Shown here one piece after another: positions 1-10,423 of a stretch of DNA of 64,000 nucleotides (the first letter of the stretch is position 1; each line of letters starts with the position of its first letter). The DNA is taken from contig OZ365116.1 of NCBI GenBank assembly GCA_977030845.1, positions 16,120,001 to 16,184,000 of the forward strand, in the 5' to 3' direction. A program made the position numbers and the translations under genes. The stretch comes from Fimbriosthenelais zetlandica (Eukaryota). Below the pieces are notes generated by a model. The model was not told where the DNA came from, did no database searches, and saw nothing but the letters and a program-made list of their open reading frames with translations.

Positions 1-2168
1 AGTCTCATCTTTCAAGCAGAAATGACTCAATACGCGGTAGAGCTACAAACAGAATATTTATAAAATAAGCAGGGCATGTAATCAGTCATAAAAAAATATA
101 ATTTCTGTTTAACATCAGATTTTTACCATTGTTTCCTTGAGGTTATCTTTCTGCACCATCCGTACCAGTTGATCAAATGACTTGGGCATATGGTCGATCA
201 GTATTTCACATGTCTCACTATACCCACCCTGTGAGAAAGAATTGAGAGTACAATTGAGTTTTGCCATATATTTTATCAAATATTTATAAAATTCAAGTAA
301 GAAATGAATATTATTAAATTACACCAAGATAAAATTGAGCAGAAACATACCCGCACACACAGATCTAGTGGGGTGGTGTTGTTAGAGTCGTAGGTGAACT
401 TACAGCCACGCTCTAAGAGGATCTGCGCTGTGTCACGCTGTCCATGACTGAAATTAAATCATAACTATTAGGGTCACTGAGTTTCATCATAAAAATCAAC
501 TGATTTGATTTGGTAAGGTTTATAAAATGAAACCTACCTGCATGCGAAGTGGAGTGGGGAGGAATTTTGATGGTTCAGTCGGTCAATATCTGCTCCATTG
601 TCTAGGAGACAGAGCACAGTCTGGTGAAAAAGAATTATTTTAATTAGTATGAATGACCAAAGAGTAAATTAATAGAAACTTGAATTATTAAGCTGCTTAC
701 AGATTTGTGGCCATTCTGGCAGGCAACATGCAGTGCTGTCTGTCCTTGGGAATCCTATAAAAAGATATATACGGTATTGAATTTAAATGACTAAAGAAAT
801 TATAATTGGATATTGTAGGTAAACTTTTAGCTATCACTTGGCTATTACTTGTTCAAATAACAAAACAATTTGCCAGTTGCACCCACCTCTATGTCCACAT
901 TGTCCACGTTCTGTAGTAAATCATGTAGCATTTCTGTCCTTCCATTCACTGCCAACCAGTGGATCTGGATGATAGGAAAAACAATATTTTAGGTTGAGGA
1001 AATTATTAACAGTTCTTGTTTTGTATAATTTAAGTCTTTGACATGTTGATACTGACCGTTGTAAGTCCCTCATTGTTTCTTATGTTGACATCTGCATGGA
1101 ACTCTAATAATTTGTTGAGGCATTTCTTCTGTCTGCAAGAAAATAAATAGGAACATTATAAAATACGATAGCAAGTTTTCAGGCCAGGTTAGTGACTTCA
1201 GGCATTATTAAATAGGTCTCTATGCAAATGGGAATTGGAAATACATTTCCTTTAATATATGTACTGTATAGTACACATAGATAAAGATAATAAACTAGAT
1301 AAATTAAATATATTATATAAAATATGAGACCCGTTTCTGGCAGCAAGGTGAAGAGCCGTGCATCCAGATACATCCTGATAGTTGACCACCATGCCTTTCT
1401 TTAAAAGCAGACTCAGACATTCATAGGCCCCGCAGCTGAAAAGATATATAAAATGTCTCACACTTTATGATCTTCTATATTGATGGGAGGTAGGATAGAT
1501 TTTAGAATTAAGTTTATAAGAGAATGCTAAAATTTATATGGACTCACTTTGCTGCGATATGGAGGAGATTTCTTTGTGCTCGTCCAAATGCAAAGTTGAC
1601 GTCATAGGAAGAATTGGCAAGAAGTTCAGCAACAGACCTGTTATTTATTGCACAGAGAGAAAAGTAGAAGGGGCAGATATAAGTACACTTAGTATTGTGT
1701 GAACGAAGACGTTTTTATATAGTCATATTCAGGGAAAGTTATGATGCAAAAATATTACTGATGGTCTAATGGACTGACTTAACATTTTAAACCTTTGTAA
1801 GGGACTGGGATTTTTTCATAGGACACAAGTATGTTTAACATTTAAAGAAATATACCCACCTGTGTTGGTTGGCAATGACCATGGGCATTAAGACGTAGGA
1901 AGCAGAGGTGGAGTCTGGAAATTTTAAAGCACAATTTAAAAAAAAAAGTCCTTAATGATTAGGTTTGGGGTAGATAAATATCAAATACAGAAGAAAAATA
2001 AAGGATATTTAGTCGGACTTCAAATCAGTATTCTGTGGGTGTAATATTGGATTAGATAATTTTACTTTATTGGTTTTAAATGAAAATTTAGAATCGAATC
2101 CTACCAGCAGGTAATTGAACAGTCCTTGCACTCCTGAGGGAGCGAGCAAGATGCTGAATGAATTCCAT
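1..2168 (-). CDS. HACE1: HACE1 E3 ubiquitin ligase, N-terminal ankyrin-repeat part (gene continues off the left edge; HECT domain not in window)
   Basis: Manually spliced exons on the minus strand, all GT-AG with matching phases: 2168-2105, 1914-1860, 1637-1548, 1435-1331, 1132-1057, 964-887, 754-701, 620-538, 447-351, 228-127, 42-<1 (846 nt, open frame). Translation [147 protein letters not shown]... aligns residue-for-residue with the vertebrate HACE1 N-terminus as I recall it ([66 protein letters not shown]). Confidence 0.96.
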
Positions 2169-2439
2169 GATTCACAGCAATCTAATATATAAAAGCAGAG
2201 CAGTTATTAGAACACTTATATATATAATGAATTTCTGGTATATAGCTGACCGCCGGTACAGAAATAATCAATTTTATTAAGTCTTAAGCGGACAACAAGG
2301 AAGTGAATAGTGATCATTCATTCTCCTCCCTCACCTACATCAATGACTAGGTACACCTATTATCGCCCACATGAAATGTTTTCTCAGTGGAAAAGAAATC
2401 CTTCTCTTATAAATGACTAGATTTCAAAAACCAGCTTAC

Positions 2440-2582
2440 CATTAACGGACTGTCTCAGTTCTCGTGGATAGATGATCAGTATTTTAGATAAGAATGGACA
2501 TATTTACGAGTTTGGAGTCGGCAATGTTTACTGTTTTCATTGCCCCTCTCCACTTCCGGTTAAGTGGAATTTGCCCGTGAGT
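2440..2582. promoter_or_regulatory. Probable bidirectional promoter and non-coding first exons of HACE1 (-) and MEI4 (+)
   Basis: Minus-strand donor ATG|GTAAGC (exon end 2440) pairs with a minus-strand acceptor just upstream of the HACE1 ATG (ttttatatattag, about 2182). ETS motif CACTTCCGGT at 2551-2560. Plus-strand donor CCC|GTGAGT at 2577. No transcript data available. Confidence 0.5.
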
Positions 2583-2585
2583 AAG

Positions 2586-2690
2586 CGCCACACGGCGGGG
2601 TGGCCAAAACGTGAACTAAGATTTAACATGGGAGTGAAAATGGCCCATGAGGCAACGCCACACAAAGGGGTGGCCAAAATGAGAACTAGG
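2586..2690 (+). repeat. Imperfect 70-bp-period tandem duplication
   Basis: cgccacac...ggggtggccaaaa...gaacta occurs at 2586 and again at 2656. Confidence 0.6.
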
Positions 2691-2707
2691 CCAAATCTTT
2701 GCCAGTA

Positions 2708-3041
2708 GTTATTAATTTTTCCAAAGTTTTTCCAGGTTACATGGAAGGTAATGAAAAAATTTTTTCAGTGAGAATAATCACACAACCAAAGACATGAAGA
2801 TCCAAGTACTGGACTTCATATACCGCCATCCAAACAGTGAGAGAGCAAAAACACTCAGAAATAAGATTGAATTCAACTGGATTCATAGACTAAAAACACG
2901 GTGTCACCGAGCCCATATGGATTGAACATAATGGACTCGCAATATGGGTGAATAAAACGATTGAGAACACACAATGCCACGTCAAAAATTTTTTTCATTA
3001 CCTTCCATGTAACCTGGAAAAACTTTGGAAAAATTAATAAC
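2708..3041. repeat. About 58-bp inverted repeat arms within the PLE insertion
   Basis: 2708-2765 (gttattaatttttccaaagtttttccaggttacatggaaggtaatgaaaaaatttttt) is the reverse complement of 2984-3041 apart from homopolymer-length differences. Confidence 0.95.
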
Positions 3042-3207
3042 TATTACAAAGTGCCTTACCCCTCAATCGCACATGTCCTTGCTGGACTAGCACTGACTCT
3101 CTCAATGCCCCTGACAGCATTTAAAATCCAAGTCCATCTTGGTGACCACTTTCAAATAAAAATTAATATCAATAAAATGATGTTAATCCAGTCCAGCTAA
3201 TATAAAC

Positions 3208-3233
3208 CTGATGAGTTCTTTGTTGAACGAAAC
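3208..3233 (+). ncRNA. Hammerhead ribozyme-like core, probably decayed, in the PLE pseudo-LTR
   Basis: CTGATGA-GTTC-tttgtt-GAAC-GAAAC: canonical core with a perfect 4-bp stem II. I could not pair stems I and III with an NUH cleavage triplet. Minimal hammerheads are an established feature of PLE pseudo-LTRs. Confidence 0.55.
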
Positions 3234-3982
3234 CACGACTGACTAGTTCCAACTTTAGGTGAGTGCCCTAAACCACTCTACCCTGGCATAAAAATGGGGA
3301 TTACCCTATACATGTAGATGCTATTAATAGACTAGTTGGAACTACGATATGGGGAAAACAAACATAGACCAATCACTTCTGAGGCTGGTCATTCTAGCCG
3401 ATAGAAATGAACAACTATGAACCCATGATCGTTTGCTGTCAATTGGATTGCCGTAAAGGCCGTCCAACCATTGGGTCAACCGATGATCCCATGGATACCA
3501 GGCTATGTTGACATGCTACATGCTAACATAAATAGCGAGAAAAAAGTCAGTGTCTTCAGTGGTCGTTTTTACCTGGACCAGCAAGGACCCACGCCTGCGT
3601 CTTTCTAACATACTACAAATCTTTGCCAGTACCAGCAAGGATATTGTATCCTTGGATTGGGAACCAGTCTGTCAGTACCTTCAGGTCTTCGTGTAAACGT
3701 GTAATCTCTTGTGGGCTATAATAGCCTCGTGGGATAATTTAAAAAAAAATTTAAGTCAATAATAACATCAATTTCAATTAAAAAAAAAAAATGAAGAAAG
3801 AACATCGAGGGATGTGAGGCGGGCGGGAAAAAGATGCTGATGGAAACTAACGAGTATGGAAGAAAATGCAGACGATATGCACCTGGAACAATGCTAATGT
3901 CCTTGATTTAACTCACAATCGGTACCCCAAATGCTTAATAAACTTTCATCCAACTATTGCAGATACGAATTAGCAGTGAATT

Positions 3983-6900
3983 ATGACAGATATTTCCCAC
4001 AATCCCCAAACCAGCGGCATCTATTCTTCCTCCACCCTAGCCTCAGCCTCAGCATCATGGGGTCAGGGTAAAGATGGCAGAGAAAGAGGAAACCAGTCTG
4101 GCCAAGGAACATCTTCCCTTCCAAGGACATCAAACCCAGTTCAGACCCCGAATATAGGTACTGGAATCGGATATAGTTATTTGTGACATTTTACGGCCCA
4201 TTTTTTAACAAGTATTGGGAACTAAAATGTATTAAGAAATAGTCTGATATCTACCTATGTGTATAAATTATGCCTTTGATTATTTTGGAACTGAAGGAGA
4301 AAATATTCTTTATTTTATTTAGTGATTTAAACCAGTATTATTTTTTCTGTTTGCAGCGCGTAACTTTGTACGCATTGCTAAAGTTGGCATAGCCATGGCG
4401 GTTATCAAATCAGCGCCTCCAGGGGTTGATGGAGAAGCGTACGCCCGGGAATTGTGTTCACGTTACCAGAGATCTCAGCTCAAGTACAAGGAGCATGCCT
4501 TAAGGCTGGAACGTGAGGCCCTCAGTCTGAGACAACAGCTGCTTGAGATACAGACACAGCGGCTAAAAACTGAGACAGGCGGCGGACCGATTACCACTAA
4601 CCACAGTCAAACCTCCACGACAGGTGACTACCATTGATAACTTAAACTAGACATTCACCGAATATCCTCCTAAGAGCATAACACAGGAGTAAACAATGAT
4701 TTTTATTCTCTGATAACGTATCGGACTCCACTTTAAAAAAAACACATTAAGTCCCCTTAATTAAGGTCTTGAATTGTCTTTATTTGAGTAATAGTAAAGA
4801 GTTTATAGCGCCTTTGAGACCACAATAGATCCGTGGCTTAAACAAACCAGAGACGGACCCACTCCTTTTCAGACCCCTACTTGGTAGTCAATAACATATG
4901 GGCACTCTTTTTACTTCTATGCTTAATTAAAACTTTGAAAATCAATATCAAGAGAATGAATACTGAGAATGTCGACATATATAATTTTCCCACTTTACAA
5001 TATTCTTTTCTAATAATTAGAATTCACTTGCTTACTTATAATCAATTAATGAATCAATTACAGAAATGTCTCAAGAAGAGGAAGCGGAATTGGGTGATCT
5101 CTTCCCGACCCCGCCGTCATCCTCAGCGGAGAGGGACACAAGTCGTGAAGTGCGTCTCTCACAACATATGTCATTCCTCCGTCACTATATGAAGCTGAGA
5201 AACTTGACCAACCTGCCATCTGGTGTGAGACAGGAGTGGCAGGGAGTGGGCAGATCCACACTACTGCAGGTATGTATGTTACATCATGTTCCTCAATATA
5301 AGTCAAATGACATTATTTAGAAATGGTATTATTAAAAGGAGAAGCTTGAGCTGGAGTATTTATGATATCTTATGTGCCTCAAATTGGTTTTTCATTAAAA
5401 CCCGAATGCAGTTATTCGAAATAAATTGATGAATTTAAAGATTTTTGCTCGACGGACTGGATACTAGTCATATTGTCTAGGTGTGAATACATTTACCAGT
5501 CATTAATGAGCTCTGGTGTGTTTTAATTACGTTCTAATTTTAAATCTAATCACCTCCACACCCCCACACTGAGTAGAACGGGTCTGGTCTCATATTCATA
5601 CCACTACCACCTCGGCCTCCCACCCCTCGCCCACCTCCACTACTTCTCCATCTGATGTGAATCGATCGAGAACTAAATTAACTCTGAATTGATTTTTACA
5701 CTCTCGTCATCTTTGTCCCTTTTTCCTCACATCTGAACCTTCGTGTTTTTTCTTTAAAAAAGTCAATCTGTGTTCAAAAGGCTTTTCTTCTGACCGTGGT
5801 TGCAATTTCTGGCTGACAGACTGCATATTGATTTAGACATTCTCTTATAAAATATGACATTAAATATCTGCTCAGCACTCTAATCTTTTGTCCAGTTGGT
5901 TTTTCAATTCCACCTTAAATGACTTATGAGGTCTCAAAATCCCATTTCATTTTTTCAAGATGGTATCCATGCTAAAGGCGAGCCTTGATGTGTCGTCGAA
6001 CCTCTATCTGTCGCCCGCTCTCTTCACCCGCACCGTGCATACCCTGGTCTCACTGGTGGAGAGTGGCGCATGTCACACTTACTGGAGTGAAGCGTCGGTG
6101 GAGCTGGGACATCTGATCAACGTCCTACTGCTCAATATGCTTCACAACCAGGACGTGAATAAGGTAAATGATAATACACATATATATATGTAAAAAACTA
6201 AGCTTTGGTCAACACTTGAACATAAGTTAACCACAATGCATGCATATTATTTGTTAATCTAGCTTGAAGAATAACTTTAAATAGGTCAATTTGAAAGTCC
6301 GAAATTAAAAAGAAATGGGTAAAACAATTGTGGATATATCACGTTTGAAAGTAACTTCCTTGTGTGGTATGACTTGTACTGAAAATTTAGCGATTCTGTT
6401 GTCATTTATTTCACGCAAGTTTTAATGTTTTTTTTTTGTCCAGCAAGATCCATGTTTGTACTATTTGTAAGGTTAAAGTGTTTCTAGCCTTTAAGAACAT
6501 TGTGATTCACATGGCATTCTCCAAAGATGGGATTCACATATGATTAACATAAGGTTACTCTCCGAACACATGTACATGTATATATAATTTATTACAAATT
6601 CCCATTTTGGGAAAAAATTTAAATACCACTTGGTTAGAGTAATGTAGTATGAAGTAAACCAGTTGTGTGTTTGGTAGATCAATCTAGAAGTTCACTTATT
6701 GCCTGAAGTTTGTGAGAAGTCGGTCAGGGCTGGAGCTGGTGTGTTGTTAGGTCTGGGGTCAATTCTAACCTAATGTCATGGCCGGGCTGGAGAACCGGGG
6801 CAGACCAGACCTTGGCTTGGTGGCCAGGCAGAGAGAGACAGGAGGCCAATAACAGATCTAAAACACTTCTTTAATCCTCTTAGTGGTGGTGGTACGGGCA

Positions 6901-8645
6901 GTAGGGAGGGGGCTGGGGTGGACTGATGGCAGGGCAGTGTTACAGTTAAGGAGGTGGGGGAGGGGGGGGGGGGGGAGAGATCGGTTGAGTGGATGTCTCA
7001 CATTGCAGACTTAAGGTCGGGCAACCTCATTTTGTAAAATTTTCTCTGAAATTCTTAAAATAATGACTATATAGTCATTAAAATGAATTTATGTTTTCTA
7101 TAGTCATTCAGAGTTTAGGACAATTTCTTTTTCTCTGGTATGTCACATTTAGAAGGATATGATTTGTCTGTGTCCTTCTAGAGCCCTTGTGAATACAGTG
7201 CAGACATTACTGATTTTTTTTTCAGCCAGGTTCTGTAATAAAATCTGTCCCCATGGTCTTTCAATCCTTCCATCTGACGTCCTGGCCCACATTTAGTAGA
7301 ATTGTAGGCGACTTGAGTTCCTGGTGGCGCGCCCCTGTGGGGAAATCCATGGACAATGGCAGGAGTTGAGGGACCGGGACACAAACCATAAACAAGCCTC
7401 ACCAATATACACTGGCACCAGGAAATTACTTTGACCTTCACCTTGGTTATTCACCATTAACGGGTGCTTATATCCGGGTGGGGGCGGCAGGGGAATGCCC
7501 CCTACATCAGGCGGCCGGGGTGGGAATGGGAGCATGAGCGGGCAATTGTCTCCTCCTATCTCCCTTACAATTCCCTTTGCTTTGTTATCAGACCATATTC
7601 TCCCAAATTACACTCACTCCCTTTCTCCTTCCTTCATGTTTCCCAAATCAGATTGTCCCCCAACATATCAACTGTGGAAAATGTCTTCTTTATCATTGCA
7701 GAGGGCTGGGAAATGTGCTCTCCAATTTTGGAAGTACCTCTAACCTTCACCTAATTCTCCTGCTGGAGCCTCAGCTAAAATACTGAGTTAACTAGACATT
7801 GGACATACTGTTGACGCTTCGTTCCTTCTCCCAACCCTTTTCCATTTCCCGTGAGGCATTACAATACACGTATAAGAAAAATCAGTGTTTGAATTTACTT
7901 TTAAATCTACCAGCTAATTTCCTTCGCTAGGGGGTTGTCTCTGCTTTACAATTTTGTCTCTGGTGTAGAGAATAAATTGGCTTCGGGATTGGCATTCTCC
8001 TCTGCAGGATTACCTTCTATTTTGTGTTGTCTATCATTTCCTCCTTTGAGGTTATTTTCTTCACCATATGTGATGAGTTTTTAATCGCATCTGTTTATCT
8101 TTATATTATTCATATGAACTGATTGTCTATCTGCCCATTCCCCTGTCTACCTCTGTACCCGAGGCCTTTCTCTCTGCCTTCCTGTCTGTCAGTTAGCAGG
8201 TTTCCTGTCTACTGGTTTGAATGGCTCATTTTCCTTCCAGTACGGACGTCAGTGTTGCTTACGTCAGTTGGTGGTGGACTTGTCGTGCTGTACATTGCTA
8301 CGTCCGGCCATCGTCCGCCTCCTCACTTACTACATTAGAGAATACACGTCGTACCTCCGTCAGGTGAAGTCAGGGGGTGCCACATTCCTCCCTGCTACCT
8401 ATGAGAACATGTATCATGTAGTCTGGTGTCTCGATCATGTCATACAACAGGAGAGAGGACATCTGGTGGGAGAAGCTGGAGTTAGACTGAGAGAGGAGCT
8501 GGAGGAATCATTGCTCCACATCACAGATACTTTCCCTCTCTTCTCTACTTATATATGGCATGTCATGGGCCGTTTGCAACAACTACATGAACATCAGACT
8601 ACTCAGAGCTCTGACAAGGGACTCATTGAAAACTCTAAATCATAA
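3983..8645 (+). CDS. MEI4: Meiosis-specific double-strand-break factor MEI4, about 418 aa
   Basis: Exons 3983-4157 (least certain; phase-1 donor AG|GTACTG fits the next exon), 4357-4623, 5064-5269, 5960-6163, 8241-8645. Total 1257 nt, in frame, GT-AG introns. N-terminal RIAKVGIAMAVIKSAPPGVDGEAYARELC...LEREALSLRQQLL resembles the MEI4 motif TSKLALALAIIRSKP...REYTEHLA...LEAEVMQLRQKLL. C-terminal YENMYHVVWCLDHVIQQE...LLHITDTFPLFSTYIWHV resembles ENIFYLFWVLEQLLQKE...IFQLSDAFPLFTFYLWRV. Confidence 0.9.
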
Positions 8646-8887
8646 CTCATTTCTAAGACTGTCATGTGTTTTCTGATAGTTATTGAGAACACTCATAATA
8701 ATGTTTGTAGAGTAAAATCTAATTGTCTCTCAATTTCTTTGAGTAAATGGTTATAAGATACTTACGATTTCGTTCTGTATGACGGTGGCTAGTAGTATAG
8801 CCAAAGTTACCTGTTGTTAAGGCAATGGGCTGCTCCGGTCCTGCTTCTTTCACTCAGTATTTCCATCGACTGTTTTCAAAAATCTGA

Positions 8888-8893
8888 AATAAA
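8888..8893 (+). terminator. Candidate MEI4 polyadenylation signal
   Basis: AATAAA about 240 nt downstream of the MEI4 stop codon; motif only. Confidence 0.3.
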
Positions 8894-10391
8894 AACTGAA
8901 AGTTCGCTAGTTTTCTATTTGAAGAAAATTGAGGGTTGTTTCCCTCTCATTACAAGTAGGCAACGAGTACTGTATTCTACCACTGTCTTCTGATCTTCTT
9001 TTAATCTGATTTCGTACCCAGATTCCTTTCACTTTCATTCTCTACATCTCTAGCCGAGTGGGAATCATGTGATGCATCATGTGATCATATAGTGTGTGCT
9101 AATTGGTTGATAGGTCTGCCCCTGTGGATGGTGGGAAGAGAGTCTGATAGCTAAGTGAAACGGGTAGGTGGGGGAGCGGGGAGTTAGATGGTGAAGGATG
9201 AGATTCGATTAAGGCATATGTATTAGGTATTTCCAGCGAGAAAGATGCAGTCTGCTTTGGAAAAAGATAAAATGAATTACCTGTCACCTGGTCAGCGGAA
9301 ATAGGCAATATAAAAATACCTTTTGTATTTCCTTTAGATAATTCCACCTGTTGCCTCAGAGCAAAATATCTCATCTCATGAAATATTTATAAGAACCATT
9401 ACAGGTAAAGCCATCATATTAACATGTAATGGTGTATGTGTCAGTATGGACAACTTGGCTGAAAGTTCTTGCATTGAAAAATGAATGGACCATTTTCTAA
9501 CAATGGATAAACACATTCAGAGAAAGTTTCCCCGGTCGTGCTCGCACATAAAGCTCACAGCAGGCCCTCGCTCCAGGCCATATCAATTTTTTAGGTATCC
9601 CCGCCGCCGCAGGCGGCCCATATGGTGCCGTAACAATTTTTATCGGTCCAGTCAGCGAATTGTATAAGTGGAATAGTGTTTAAGCGGAATAGTTTCTCAT
9701 TTATAGTAAATTAATTATTTTTTATTTGTAAAATTCCTATCTAGTTTACCCATTTATTACAGGAGCGTGCAGTAGACGGAGGTCCACCCCCTCGCCCCCC
9801 CTTGAGGGCCTGCTTTGAGGGCAGCGTCCAGTCAGCATCCAGCCAGCGTTCAGTCACTACCAGTCAGAGGGATCAAACTCAGGGTGAATATTAATTATTT
9901 TAATTTTGTAATTTCGGCTATTTTGGACCTGTTTCTGACTATTTTACTAGCCCCGACATGGGGAAACCTTTTTTCTTTGGTATCAGCCAAATTTCTTTAT
10001 TGTGAGACTACAACAAAAATTTATCGAATGTCCTCATATTCACCTGGATTGAACAAACACTAGGTAACATTCCAATTCATCACGTCTGATATCAGAGGGA
10101 TTGCCACAGTTAACTCCACTAAAGTTGTGGCTTGCAAATGTAATTTAATTTAATCCCCAAGCAGACATTCAAGATGAGGCATATACCCTGTCCCATCTGA
10201 TCATCAACTATTGCTTCATGAGAGTCATTGGAAGTTATTTAATGCCACTAGATTTACATTTGCCCAAGTTTGAAACTAGACTACTCTTATTTAAGTCTGG
10301 AATGGCATGCTATTTGATAACACGATACAAGTTTAGATTATTTGGAGTAAGGAATAAGCAAGTGATAGACTGTTTGAAGTTGTGGGCCATG

Positions 10392-10423
10392 TTTTGTGAT
10401 GATCTAGTTTTGTGATGATCTAG
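10392..10423 (+). repeat. Exact 16-bp tandem duplication
   Basis: ttttgtgatgatctag repeated twice. Confidence 0.9.

Larger units (their letters stand above)
2708..3615 (+). mobile_element. 5'-truncated Penelope-like retroelement (PLE) insertion, 908 bp
   Basis: 2764-2950 translates FSENNHTTKDMKIQVLDFIYRHPNSERAKTLRNKIEFNWIHRLKT, then after a frameshift PYGLNIMDSQYG*. This is the typical C-terminus of PLE GIY-YIG endonucleases (H..N.H...D.KI.VL...R...E..WI..L.T..P.GLN). Flanked by an exact 16-bp direct repeat CAAATCTTTGCCAGTA (2692-2707 and 3616-3631). Begins with an inverted copy of an internal segment and contains a CTGATGA...GAAAC core. Confidence 0.88.

Noticed and set aside
2706-3043. MITE with 58-bp terminal inverted repeats and TA target duplication
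   Set aside because: The interior encodes a GIY-YIG endonuclease tail, and a 16-bp TSD brackets a larger 908-bp unit, so a PLE with an inverted 5' end explains it better.
7178-7786. Cluster of overlapping ORFs in the last MEI4 intron
   Set aside because: No recognisable domain; GC-rich patches give open frames by chance.
9763-9885. Exon-like segment (tacag|...cagg|gtgaat)
   Set aside because: Stops in all three plus frames; could be a non-coding exon but I cannot support it.
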